DNA from: Octopus vulgaris
Lineage: Eukaryota
DNA: 64,000 nt
NCBI GenBank assembly: GCA_951406725.2
Contig: OX597817.1
Coordinates: 17,422,001 to 17,486,000 of the forward strand
Direction: 5' to 3'
Each line of letters begins with the position of its first letter. Within the stretch, counting starts at the first letter, position 1. The notes beneath the pieces are model-generated. The model had not been told where the DNA came from and did not search any database. It saw only the letters and a program-made list of their open reading frames with translations. Made by a program: the position numbers and the translations under genes. Shown piece by piece: positions 39,792 through 53,083 of the stretch.

Positions 39792-40764
39792 AACTAGCCT
39801 ATTGCTGGGACCTTGACAGATGCTACTACTCTGGATCAGAGTAGACTGTGTAACAATAATGGCTATGACATGGTTCCACATTCCTCAGAATTCTGGTGCA
39901 GATGATGGGGAATACCAGTATGTAAAGGGGTGATATGGGAGATATAGGAGTGGCTCAGGAAGGAGAATAGAACCGAAACTAGTAGAATGATGTGCAAAGT
40001 TAAGGAGCTGTGGAAAGGGAGATATAGGGATTTATAAGGGGCTATAGTAAGTGGATGATAATGGTAGGTATGGGAGGGTATTAAGAATAATATTAGATAA
40101 GAAAGGTGTTTAGAATGGAGCATAGCAGAGGAGAGAGTGAGCAGTGGCTGAAGTTACAGAAAGGTGGAGGGAGTTGAAATAGTGTGGGCAAGGATGATGA
40201 GGAATGTGGGAGACTGTTCAGAAGAAGATAGAATATATGTGCTAATTCTGTCCTAAGGTGAGTACAACAGCTGAGTAGATGGGTGAGGGATGAAAATGGT
40301 AGGAGCAGGGCCCTACCACTTGGTTATGTTCAAGCATAACCAAGTGGTTTTAGGATGTCATTTTTGCTGTAATGGATGGATGGGTCTTCTCGAGCACTGC
40401 AAAAGACCAGTCATCTCTGTACTTTTTCATGTCTTCCTGTAAAGCTCAACATCTTGATATCAGCTTTCAATACTTTGTCCCATGTCTTCCTGGGTCTCCC
40501 GCTTCCTCAAGTTTCATCCACTTTAAGCAATCAGCACTTCTTTATGCAACTGTCCTCATCCATTTTCATCATGTGAACCAAACCAGAGCCATCTTCTGTT
40601 TTGCACTCTAGATCTGATTCCTCTTATGGCTAAGTTTTATCTCAATATATTTGCACTTTGTTGTACATGCATACTGATGTTGCAAATCCAATGGAGCATA
40701 CTAGCTACATCTCACTACCATGGAGCATTGCTGTATGTACACAAGAATCATACAATCATATATA

Positions 40765-41147
40765 GGAGCACTCCGTCAGTTGCGACGATGACGGTCCCAG
40801 CTGATACGATCAACGGAACAGCTTGCTTGTGATATTAACGTGCAAGTGGCTGAGCACTCCACAGACACGTGTACCCTTAACGTAGTTCTCGAGGAGATTC
40901 AGCATGACACAGAGTGTGACAAGGCTTGCCCTTTGAAATACAGGTACAAGAGAAACAGGAAGAGAGAGCGAGAGAAAGTTGTGGTGAAAGAGTACAGCAG
41001 GGATCACCACCACCACCCCCTGCCGGAGCCTCGTGGAGCTTTAGGTGTTTTCGCTCAATAAACACTCACAATGCCCGGTCTGGGAATCGAAACCGCGATC
41101 CTCCGACCGCGAGTCCGCTGCCCTAACCACTGGGCCATTGCGCCTCC
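40765..41147 (-). mobile_element. SINE family C, full length
   Basis: tRNA-like head ggaggcgcaatggcccagtggttagg...ggtttcgattccc; TSD atacaatcatata (40750-40762, 41149-41161). Confidence 0.9.
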
Positions 41148-41749
41148 TATACAATCATATAATATGGGAGATATAGGAGTGGCTCAGGAAGGAGAATAGA
41201 ACCGAAACTAGTAGAATGATGTGCAAAGTTAAGGAGCTGTGGAAAGGGAGATATAGGGATTTATAAGGGGCTATAGTCTGGGAATCGAAACCGCGATCCT
41301 CCAACCACAAGTCCGCTGCCCTAACCACTGGGCCATTGCGCCTCCTATTCAATCATATAATCTACCTTTCACAAGAGAGAGAGAGAGACCTTTTGTTGCG
41401 GTAATAACTCTCTGGTCTTTCTCTATCCTATTCGTAGTCTAGTGGCTACACTTTCAGAACATCCTCCTCCGCTGCTGATTAGTTTGCCTTGGTAACATAA
41501 AACTATCTGCTACTTTTAGGGAACCTCCAGAGTATTTAAGAAAACCAATTTCTCATGTGAGCTCAGACTTTATGGCAATTGTGCATATTTCCACATATGA
41601 AAACTACTGTCTCCATTAATCTTCCTGCAATTCCACTGAAGCTATTGGGTGTCCACTAAGTACAGAATCTGGAATTTCTGAACAACATCTTTACTACATG
41701 TTTAGCAGGGCCATTTGCCTGAAGTGGGTAAGGTCCTTCTGGTGTGTGC

Positions 41750-41781
<32 letters not shown>

Positions 41782-41786
<5 letters not shown>

Positions 41787-41990
41787 TAATCCAAACATGA
41801 AAACACAAAAAGAAAACACAACGCATGGATGTGGAACAAGTATAGTGTTATTGGATGCTCGGGAAAGGAAAGACAGGAGGATTTAACGTTTCGAGCGGAG
41901 CTCTTCGTCAGAAACATAGAAAAAGGAAAGATCCAAGGAAGGGAAGATGGAGGAAAAAAATCGCCAACGATACACATGCGGTTACATATT
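41782..41990 (-). mobile_element. Family 2 hammerhead element between (TA)n tracts
   Basis: Family match. Confidence 0.8.
41881..41915 (-). ncRNA. Minimal type I hammerhead ribozyme motif with intact core (family 2)
   Basis: gttt-CTGACGA-a-gagc-tcc-gctc-GAA-ACGT-T-aaat. Confidence 0.7.
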
Positions 41991-41992
41991 GA

Positions 41993-42039
<47 letters not shown>

Positions 42040-42041
<2 letters not shown>

Positions 42042-42351
42042 TGGCACGTAAAAAGCACCATCCGAATCATGGCCGAAGCCAGTGCCGCCTTGACTGGCTT
42101 CCGTGCAGGTGGCACGTAAAATGCACCAATCCGACCGTGGCCGATGCCAGCCTCACCTGGCACCAGTGCAGGTGGCACATAAAAAGCACCCACTACACTC
42201 ATAGAGTGGTTGGCGTTAGGAAGGGCATCCAGCTGTAGAAACATTACCAGATAAGACTGGAGCCTGGTGCAGCCTTCTGGCTTCCCAGATCCCCGGTCGA
42301 ACCGCCCAACCCATGCTAGCATGGAGAACGGACGTTAAATGATGATGATGA

Positions 42352-42353
<2 letters not shown>
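42040..42353 (+). mobile_element. RTE-tail element
   Basis: Tandem ggtggcacgtaaaa units, RTE 3' end, (GAT)n. Confidence 0.9.
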
Positions 42354-42396
<43 letters not shown>

Positions 42397-43187
42397 CACA
42401 CACACATACACACACATATATATATAGACAGGTAGGTAGGCAGGCAAACAGACAGACAGATATAGGGACAGCCATGGCTGTATGGTTAAGAAGCTCACTT
42501 CATATATATATATACACACGCACACACACCCATTTGTGTGAATCTACACATATTAGTATGGTGGTTCTCTTTTAACCTTTACTGCTGCATGTGAACTTTG
42601 TAAAGAGAGCAATATAAGCTCTTTGACCCATAAGTTGTTGTGTTGATTATTTCCTTTTTGTAAAAAATCAAGAGAATCATATATTCTTTAGTTGTTATTT
42701 CCTTGCACTTTCTTGGCAAGTATTGTATTTCATATGAAATAGATCAATTGATTGATTCTCTCAGACTTGGTATTCTTTGTTTTTTACTGTCATGTTATCA
42801 AGTACAGTCATTATTGGTGGTGGCAGCAGCGATGGTTGTTGTTGTTGTTGGTGGTGGTGGTGGTGGTGATCGTGTTTCTTCTGCTGCTGCTGCCACAATT
42901 TTTATGGAGATCATGCAGAAATGTGTGTGTGAGAGAGAGAGATGATGTATGTATATTGTCGGGTCAGTTTTAGTACTACTGGTAGTATGTAACCCTGTAG
43001 GACCTCTTGCACAGTTGAGCCATTGGTGACTAAACCAGCCACCCTACTAAGCCTGTTTAGTAAGGAAGGTGGTTTTCATTGAACACTCTTCCGGGTGAAA
43101 AATAAAACTTATCAAAGGATGAATGAGCTCATTAAAGTCAACAGCCATCCAACAGCTGGGCGTAAGAGACCCTAGTCTTTGTTTAGA

Positions 43188-43451
43188 CATCATCATCATC
43201 GTTTAATGTCCGTTTTCCATGCTAGCATGGGGTTGGACGGTTCAACTGGTGTCTGGGAAACCAGAAGGCTGCACCAGGCCCAGTCTGATCTGGCAGTGTT
43301 TCTACAGCTGGATGCCCTTCCTAACGCCAACCACTCTGAGAGTGTAGTGGGTGCTTATGTGCCACCTGCACAGGTGCCAGACGAGGCTGGCAAACGGCCA
43401 CGATCGAATGGTGCTTTTTACATGCCACCGGCACAGGGGCCAGACGAGGCT
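43188..43451 (-). mobile_element. RTE-tail element
   Basis: Reverse-complement family match. Confidence 0.9.
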
Positions 43452-43459
43452 AGAAGAAA

Positions 43460-45000
43460 ATTTGAAAATAACACCCACCTCATTGCAAAGCCTGAGACTC
43501 TTGCTGTTTATAGACTACTTCGTTTTGTAGGTGAGAGTCTTAGCAGTGCTGTGCAAGCTGTTATTGACTTTAGATTTCAGCATAGGTATTGCTGAGGCAT
43601 TGTCTTTAACATCTAGAATAAAATCATTTACAGTAGTGAGGGTCACACCCACACATACACGCACATACACACAGAGTTCTCTAAGTAGAGCCAGAAAGCT
43701 ATTGAATTTACTTTTAAAATGTCATAAATTGAAAATCTTTCCCAGAGTATGAAATCTAATTTCGATACCTTCATTGCAGTTTTGAAAGTTATAAGATAGC
43801 TGTGCAGTAAAATATAGCGAAAACAATGTCACCTTATAATAATCCATTGTCTACGGTCATCTCTTCAGAAAGCTCTGCATAAAATCCAACCCCAGTTTTC
43901 ATTTTTTGCCCAATTCTTTCATCACGCATGCAAATTTTGATGTGAACAGCAGAGTTTGTGAAAGATCACCCACAAAGCGTTTCTGTTGACTATGTCAAAG
44001 GCTTTAGTAAGGACAACAAATACAGATAGAGTGGTACCTAATGTGCAATTCACTCTCCTGAAGTTGCTTCATCATCATCATCATCGTTTAACATCCGTTC
44101 TCCATGCTAGCATGGGTTGGACGGTTCAACTGGGGTCTGGGAAACCCGAAGGCTGCACCAGGCTCCAGTCTTTTCTGGCAATGTTTCTACAGCTGGATGC
44201 CCTTCCTAACACCAACCACTCCGTGAGTGTAGTGGGTGCTTTTTACGTGCCACCCGCACAGATGCCAGGCGAGGCTGGCAACGGCCACGTTCGGATTGGT
44301 GCATTTTACGTGCCACCGGCACGGAAGCCAGTCGAGGCGGCACTGGCTTCGGCCACGATTCGGATGGTGCTTTTTACGTGCCACCGGCACGGAAGCTTAG
44401 CCAGGAAAATCATGTTCATTGTCCCTCTGCCTACTTGGAAGTCAGATTGAGTTTTGGGTAAAATTGTAGGACAGATATCACACATCAGATGAGTTAACAT
44501 TACTCTAAAGAGGACTTTATCCACAGATTCCAATAGAATGATGCCATGGAAATTGTCACATACATGCTTAGGTCTTTTACTGTTATGGCTGAGCACCAAT
44601 ACACCATCAATCCAGTCCCGTAGGATTCCTTCCCAACAAGCAACTATCATCTTATATATTGCTAATTCCACAGTGTTACCTCCTGCTATCTAGGCTAAGG
44701 GTCTTACTGAATTTAACTGACTTATTGCTAACAGGTTCTCCCCATACTGAGATATGTTATCAATGTGCATTAACATATTCTTTTGTGCCAAACCATTAAT
44801 TATTTCAACATTTATCTTGGAAGTGTTGAAGAGCAGATTTGAAAAGTGTTCTATCATTTTATTGTCTTTAAAGAGTGTTTGTTCATCTTTTAATTGTAAA
44901 GAGACTACAAAAGATGATAGAAGGCCAAATACTTGTCTAAAGAGACCATATAAACCCTTTCAATCCTTTCTGTTCAATACATATTCAACATCTGTGGTGT
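43460..45000 (-). mobile_element. Old RTE-clade LINE RT remnant, interrupted by an RTE-tail element at 44070-44395
   Basis: CDNFHGIILL..VDKV, Q.DFQVGRGT.NMIF and LTKAFDIVNRNALW motifs. Confidence 0.75.
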
Positions 45001-45893
45001 ATGCGGGAGATTTGAAATAAGGACACCTACCTTCTCTTCGTCAATGCAGACCTCTCCAGCAGTAATGCACCCTTCCATGGGGGCCCGACCCAAACGCTAG
45101 AAATAGCAGCTACTTTTCCCCTACCTTGACAAAGTGCTCACACGTCCAGCTCTGTCGGCTACTCCGATCGAAAAGGCCCAATGCTCCCCTGCCTGCATGC
45201 GCGTCACTCCTGCCCCTTCTTCTTCCGGTCAGCCCCAAGTTCCAATCAGCTCTCCAGCTGCTGACGTCATCCCACAATATCCAATGATATTTCTGACCAC
45301 CAAGTATTTTTTATCTTTTTAAATTTCACTGCAGCTCTGCTTATAGGAGTTATAAGGACTTTATAATCTTTGCACTGGGATAAAATAAAACCTTGTGAAT
45401 TGATTGTTTTTTTTTCTTCCAGAGGTGACATATTTCATTGTTATTGTCAGACTAACCTCTGTGTGTCTATTGATTCCCAAGATAGTGATGCGCAAATCAT
45501 ATACCTGATCTGTGAAATTCTTCCATCAAAACATATATCATTTAACTTATTTTGAGTAAATACCAAAGTATCTAATTGAGTTAATTTATTAGCATCAGTT
45601 CACTTTCATGCCTTTGCACTCTTCGTATGAATTTTCTTACAAATCTGAAATTTGAACTAAACTAATTCTAGTTTATCATCACTGTTACAGTCTTTACCAC
45701 TTAAAGTATGTAGTTTACAGATGTCATGCGTATCAGACTTTTGAGTGAGAATAAAATCAATACCGTAACCTTGCCTTAATTACAGATGTGTCCATGTTAT
45801 TTTATGTCTTACTTTGTGCCTGGATGTTAAATGGTGATGATGGAAAAGAATTGCAAATGTTTAAATTAATTTTCATTACAAAGTTGAAATGCA

Positions 45894-46036
45894 GGCGTTA
45901 GGAAGGGCATCCAGCTGTAGAAACACTGCCAGATCAGACTGGAGCCTGGTGCAGCCCCTGGCTTCCCAGACCCCGGTCGAACCATCCAACCCGTGCTAGC
46001 GCGGAAAACGGACATTAAACGATGATGATGATGATG
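45894..46036 (+). mobile_element. RTE-tail element (short)
   Basis: Family match with (GAT)n. Confidence 0.85.
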
Positions 46037-46098
46037 ACCAATGCTATGGCAGCCATGTGAACTCCAAATGTGAAATTTCCCGCCAACATGAGCATTAA

Positions 46099-46319
46099 CC
46101 CTTTCATTACAATATTTATTTTGAGATGCTCTGTTTTTCTTTCAATTATTTTTGATATAACAAAGAATTTAGTAAAATGACTTAGTTATCATTAAGCTAG
46201 TGTTAGGAACATAGATTGTGACTAAGGTTTGGCAGAAGATTTTAATTCAGAACTTTTGAAAACAAGACATTTGTGCTACAGAGCCAGAGCCTGTTTCAGC
46301 CGGGTTGGTAACGAAAGGG
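46099..46319. mobile_element. piggyBac-type MITE
   Basis: TTAA TSD, CCCTTT ends. Confidence 0.9.
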
Positions 46320-46492
46320 TTAAACTCTTTCAGAACACTCAGATTTTTTTTCGTGTGTAGGTGTAACAAAATTGATATTCTGGAGAAACTCGTAGAAAGA
46401 TAAAATTGTGTCTTCGTTTGCCTTGACGAGCTTGTACATACACAGAATGAACGAAGACATAATGAGCACGTGTGAGAGGTATTTTCATTTTC

Positions 46493-46827
46493 ATGCCAGT
46501 GCTGCCTCAACTGGCTTCTGTGCCGGTGGCACATAAAAAGCACCATCCGAACGTGGCCGATGCCAGCGCCGCCTTGGCTGGCTTCCGTGCCGGTGGCACG
46601 TTAAAAGCACCAACCAATCGTGGCCGATGCCAGACCCCACTGGCACCTGTGCAGGTGGCACGTAAAAACCACCCACTACACTCGCGGAGTGGTTGGTGTT
46701 AGGAAGGGCATCCAACTGTAGAAACACTGCCAGATCAGACTGGAGCCTGACTTCCCAGACCCCAGTCAAACCGTCCAACCCATGCTAGCGCGGAAAACGG
46801 ATGTTAAACGATGATGATGATGATGAT
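46493..46827 (+). mobile_element. RTE-tail element
   Basis: Family match. Confidence 0.9.
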
Positions 46828-48332
46828 CAGTTATGCTATTTGGTCACTCTAAACCTTCTAACATACTGGTTTCCACAGCAAATCTTCTAATACCCTTTTA
46901 TTTTCCAACCCAGAAAACCCAGAATATTTTGAACCCAAATAAATCTTCTGTCAAATGGACTTCACCAGAAAGCTGGGTTTCTAAAAGTGCTATTGTATCT
47001 ATGTTGAGACATTGCAGTTCTTAAGCAACACATACAGTCTCACATTCAGGACATTCTGCATGATCTTGGAGGGTTTTTACTTACCACTAGCAGATGTTTT
47101 TAATGAACCATCATTAGTTGCTCTGAACTAACCTGCCACAGTTGAACAGGCAATTTTTCGTGCACTTTTTCTAGTGCCTTCCCACACACAAAATGACTGA
47201 ATGAATAGTGCTCTTCTAAATAGACAGAGGAAACTCAACCAAAGCTATTTCTGTACATGGAAACATGACAATTACATTAGGTTAAGTTTCCTATCACCTT
47301 GTGTATAGATTCATAACTGTATGCCTCCAAATGGTTGCCACTCCAACAGCGTCAAAGGACTTTGATAGAGAGACAAGATGAACCAAACAAAATGAAACAA
47401 TTGCACATCAATTAAAGTGATATATGCTTCTATAACACACATCTAACTCTGAGTATCTTTGATTGGAATCCTGTGATGAGCATTGCAAGATGATTGGTAG
47501 CTACATCAACTATAGGTTTGGTTTCAGAGTGCCTTCTCTTAGGCTTTTCCCACAAAATAAATACCATTCTTCATATGTGATATAAATTCCATAATGCACA
47601 TAAATGCTACTTTAATTCTATGCCAATTTTTATGAACATTTTCTCAACAAAACATATTTAGAACTTTCACAAGTTTTTATGAAAATAGAACAAAAAGTTA
47701 TTTTTTAAATAAACTAAAGAGTAATTCTGATTTATTTAAATATGCCTCTGACAAAATATATGTAGATTGAATTTTGCTATTAATATTTTTTCAATTTACC
47801 TTTAGGAAAATTGTCTCTTTTTTTCCTTTTAACAAAGAAAAATGCTATAAAAATTCAAGAAGCACATAACACCAACTGCTTATGAATTCCCTCAGAACAC
47901 TTAACTTTCAATGTATGAAGCATTTGAATAAGCTCCAAGTTTTCCATTTTCCTGATTATTTCCATCATCCAGTGTGTTCCATTCATGCCTCTCCCTTTTT
48001 TTTTTTTTTTTGATTTAAACATACTTAAAGCTAATTGCCGTACTGCATGTTGTATTAAATATTAAAGATCATATGACTAAATCATTTTTTTTTTTTGCCT
48101 TGAATATTTTTTTCATAGTTTAGTAAGTGCAAGAAGGTAGAGAGAGAGAGACTAGCAGAATCAGTTGAGCAACATATGAGATATCTTGTTATATTTGATT
48201 TCATGCTTTTGGATTCTGAATTCATATTTTGCCCGAGGTCAATAAGTATACTACAGTTGATTTAATCAGCTATATTTTTTTCTGTGTTTCATATCCTTGT
48301 ACCTAAGTTAGCAATCATATTTCAGAAAGTAC

Positions 48333-48480
48333 ATCATCATCATCGTTTAGCGTCTGCTTTCCATGCTAGCATGGGTTGGACGGTTCAACTGGGGTCTGGG
48401 AAGCCAGAAGGCTGCACCAGGCCCAGTCTGATCTGGCAATGTTTCTACAGCTGGATGCCCTTCCTAATGCCAACCACTCC
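48333..48480 (-). mobile_element. RTE-tail element (short)
   Basis: Family match. Confidence 0.85.
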
Positions 48481-48786
48481 TTCTACAGTAAAGTAGAAAT
48501 AAGTTCTTGGTGAGCCAAGTAATGCAATACAACTTGGTTCAATTCCTTGTTGTAACCATTTTATTTACAGGGTTGATATCAATGGGAAAGGTATAGTCAT
48601 CGTACTGTATCATTCTTAGTTCTGTATAAATGTAACCATTTTAATACCAGCCTGCATGGGACTTCCCCTGGTTTTATGATATACACTTCATGTTCAAGGC
48701 AATCCAAATTAAAACTGTCCATCAAAATTTCATGTGAATTTAAGTGTCAAACCCTAGCTTAATAGCAATAAAGTTATTTTACTAAA

Positions 48787-49080
48787 TACTCTTTTACTTG
48801 TTTCAGTCATTTGACTGTGGCCATGCTGGAGCACCGCCTTTAGTCAAGCAAATCGACCCCAGGACTTATTCTTTGTAAGCCTAGTACTTATTCTATCGAT
48901 CTCTTTTGCATATATACGATGGGCTTCTTTCAGTTTCCGTCTACCAAATCCACTCACAAGGATTTGGTTGGCCCGAGGCTATAGTAGAAGACACTTGCCC
49001 AAGTTGCCACACAGTGGGACTGAACCTAAAACCATGCGGTTCATAAGCAAGCTACTTACCACAAAGCCACTCCTATGCCT
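48787..49080 (-). mobile_element. Internally deleted SINE A inside a decayed piggyBac-type MITE
   Basis: SINE A tail joined directly to its head; MITE-like sequence on both sides. Confidence 0.75.
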
Positions 49081-50478
49081 ACTTGATTATTTTTAAATTA
49101 ATCAAAATAAAGGTAGTGTATTTCAACAGAAATATGATAAATTCAACGTTCATGATTTATCACTGTTTATTGGCCAAATAGTTATTGCATCAAGGAAAAT
49201 ACATAATGGTATCTAATTGATGGCTCTTAGTACTATGAGTTCTAATCCTGTCAAGATTAGTTTTGCCTTCTATCCTCCTCAGGTTGTTAAAGTATTAGAC
49301 CAGTACTGGAACTGAAGAATTGATTATTTCTGTGACATTGCACCAGTGTTAGTAACTAACATTTATTGTTCTTTACTCACATTAACTAGAAAAAAAAACA
49401 TTGTTTTTAATTTAGTTTTTCTGTAGAATAATCATAAGTCCCAGATTCAGAACATTACTTTGAATATATAAATTATTCTTGTAGTCACAGAACTCAAGAT
49501 GCCAAGCTGAGTTCAATACAGAAATTTACTTCCACTGCCCTCATATAAATTGTTTTAGTATTTTACATTGCTCTTTGAACTCTTTTATGTTTTTGCTCAA
49601 CGTGCCAGAATCTTATAGAAACAATCTGAAAACAATGGAACCAGTGAATACCATTCAGATAAAAATGAAAGTCATGTTCAAACAGATGTCATAATCTTTG
49701 CATTTAGATCATAAACACAAAGAGATATGATCTAACTCTTTTAGATCATAGAAAAAGATCTATAGATCATACTATAGTTGAGAATTTATTTCTTCCTTTC
49801 TTTCTATGTCACCCCCATCATCATCATCATCATTATCTTCATCATTAGTTTTATGTCTACTTTACCTTGCTTGCATGAATTAGGTCGTTTCAAACATGGT
49901 ACTTCTCCGATTGTTGCATTCCCTTATCATCTGTTTTGTGTGGTTCAACATCCTGAGATGTCATGTTAGCACTTCTGCCCGTTTTGTCTTTGATTTTTCG
50001 TTTCCATAGTTTCATTCCACTTGGATATTTTGGTAGCAAAGTTGTAAAGAAAAAAAGGCTTTGTTCTCTTCATCCTTTGCACAAATATTCAACTTTTAAA
50101 TTTTTAAAAGGTCTCACAGATTTTTATTGTCCCAGAGATCATCATCGCTTTTTTAGTTGTGTGTGAATTATGGAGTTGCATTCTTTCTCCAAGAATCCAA
50201 GTAGGTTGGTATATATCCTATTGTTCCAAAAGTTATGAGTACACAGATGAAAGTATTTTTAATACTGGATTTGCAAGTATTTTATCAATAGTTTGTAGAT
50301 ATCTTCATTTTCATTTTTACCTGTATATAACTACAGCATAACATGCTTTGTTCTGGTCCCTAATACCAATATCAGGTCAGGTGCATCTTAATTTGGTTGC
50401 TGTTTTTATTCATAGGTTCTACCTATACTTTTGATCAGTCAGTTTCAATATCATCATCATTACAACATCATCATTTAA

Positions 50479-50698
50479 CCCTTTTGTTACCAACCCGGCT
50501 GAAAGTGCCTCTGTCTCTGTAGTGAAAGTTTTATTTTCATAAGTTTTGAATTAAAATCTTCCACCAAACCTCAGTCACAATTTATGATCCTAACACTAGC
50601 TGAATGATAACTAAGTTATTTTACTAAATTCTTTGTTACATTTAAAATTAATTGAAAGAAACACAGAGCACCTCAAAATAAATATAGTAACTAAAGGG
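50479..50698. mobile_element. piggyBac-type MITE
   Basis: TTAA TSD, CCCTTT ends. Confidence 0.85.
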
Positions 50699-51182
50699 TT
50701 AATGTCAATGTTTTATGCTGGCATGGAGTGGATAGTTTCACTGGATTCAATGAGCCCAAGTATTGTATTGTCCTCAAGTGTCTGCTTTGGTATGGTTTCT
50801 ACTGGTTTCTGCCCTTCTTAACACCAACCATTTTTTTCTCACTCTATTCCAGGTTGTTCTGGCTACCATGTCATACCTCATGGGAAGGTAATATCTAGAT
50901 GATATTCTTTTATAGTTGACAATAATGTAGCCTATGACATCAGTTTGGTTTTGCATAACCTACATTTGTTATCAGCTGTTTACTTCTATCTTTTTGTCTT
51001 TATGTAGCTGATATTTGCAGTTAATACTTGCTACTGGTTTGCATGGAGATAACCTTCAAGTTGAGATGTTATAAACCTGTGAGAATTCCATAACAGACTT
51101 TTGTTATGGTTTACTCTCACTATGGACTGAGGTTTTGTTTTAGACACCCGTGTAAAATTTTCTCATTGAACTAGTCTACTGT

Positions 51183-51562
51183 GGAAGCACTCCGTCGGTT
51201 ACGACGATGAGGGTTCCGGTTGATCCGAATCAACAGAACAGCCTGCTCGTGAAATTAATGTGTAAGTGGCTGAGCACTCCACAGACACGTGCACCCTTAA
51301 CGTAGTTCTCGGGGATATTCAGTGTGACACAGAGTGACAAGGCCGGCCCCTTGAAATACGGGTACAACAGAAACAGGAAGTAAGAGTGAGAGAAAGTTGT
51401 GGTGAAAGAGTACAGCAGGGATCACCACCATCCCTGCCGGAGCCTCGTGGTGCTTTTAGGTGTTTTCGCTCAATAAACACTCACAACGCCTGGTCTGGGA
51501 ATTGAAACCGCGATCCTATGACCGCGAGTCCGCTGCTCTAACCACTGGGCCATTGCGCCTCC
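51183..51562 (-). mobile_element. SINE family C, full length
   Basis: Same head and body as 40765-41147; TSD actagtctact. Confidence 0.9.
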
Positions 51563-51821
51563 ACACTAGTCTACTAGTTGTTCTGTTAAGCAGGATTTTC
51601 CCATATTCCTTAAAGTGGAATCTGCACCAGTTTTTATTTGATGCCTCCAAGTTCATTTGATTTCCTAATGTTTTTATTTCTTTGCAAATTTGAGTCAAAA
51701 ACTTAATGACCTTTTGCATCTGCTAGAGATGTTGCTTTAGTGTTATAGTGTTTTGAATGAAGTTAATACAGCCATAAGGCCATAGCTATCCTCCTTGCAT
51801 GGGAAATATAATGATCTACAT

Positions 51822-52069
51822 CAGCGATTCTCAACCAAAGTTCATATGGCCCCTGAGGGTCCATGTGAGATTTTGTTGTTAAAATTTATCTGCAATAAAT
51901 TGGTTATATTTATACAATAAGGAAAATGTTTTAACAATTTGTTTTATCCAATTCCTAATAATATTCAATTATAAAAATATTCTTTAAACATTGAATAGTC
52001 TGAAGGGTCCACCCAAGTGAAATAGGAATCAAAGAGGATCCATAAGTAAAGAATGCTTGAGAAACACTG
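51822..52069. mobile_element. Old hAT (Charlie-like) MITE
   Basis: cagcgattctcaa / ttgagaaacactg TIRs; degenerate 8-bp TSD. Confidence 0.65.
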
Positions 52070-52697
52070 AACTACAGCCTCACTGATGTTGAAATTTTCA
52101 GTAATACTGAGTGATTTACAAGCTCTTATATTCATGTTTTACCATCAAATGTAGATATTTGGACTTACCAAGTTTCATTCCAATATCTGTGGAAAATTGG
52201 GTGTTGCGATCCAATCACCTTTTGATGTAATCAAATTTTGGTTTATATGGCATCAGGTTATCTACAAGCAAAAGGTGGGAATCATTTCTAGATTCATTTC
52301 TATAATGATAACATTTTGTAAGTATTCTGTTGTGTCTGGGGAGAGTCATTTTCTTTTTGTGCCTTATAATGTAACACACTCACCAGTAAAATTCCCACTT
52401 ATTTTTTATTTTTATTTTCCTAAACTTTTCATTGCGCCTTGCAACCTTTTCAATAGTCTTGTAAGTAGGTATGTAATTAATTTAAGAAAAGGATCAAGAG
52501 CAGTACTTAGAAAATATTGCCCTGCAGGATGCCTTTTAGGCAATGTATGGTATTAGATTTGATTTATTTGTTATCACCTCTGAGAAGTTAAGTGATGTAA
52601 TAAGTCTTTGGTGAGATATTGAGTAGCAGTTACCAATGGTTACAGAACTTTATCTAATTGTATTAAACTGATAATCCACTCATGTGTTATATTATAA

Positions 52698-53083
52698 CTA
52701 GCAGTATCGCCTGGCGTTGCTCGGGTTTGTAAGGGAAATAACTATATAAGCATTTTTAGAGAGTTATAGCAAAATAATGCATTAAAAATGGGGAAAAAAT
52801 GATGGTAAATTTTTTTTTAAATCTTTGACTCATCGTAGACATTTTTAGAGAGTTACTTCCCTTATATAATAGCGAAAAATGCATTAAAATGGTAAAAAAC
52901 GATGGTAAATTATTTTTAAAATCGTAGACTCATCGTAGGCGCACGCTAATACCCAGACAGGCTCGATATGAATCACGACTATAAGATACCCGGTTTTGGT
53001 TAAACTGCACCGCAAAATGTGGGAGTAGTTAGGAATCTAAATCGTAGGAGACAGACACACAACTTCACTTTTATATATAAAGA
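52698..53083 (-). mobile_element. Non-autonomous Helitron
   Basis: Minus strand A|TC...cccgagcaacgccagg...CTAG|T. Confidence 0.85.
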
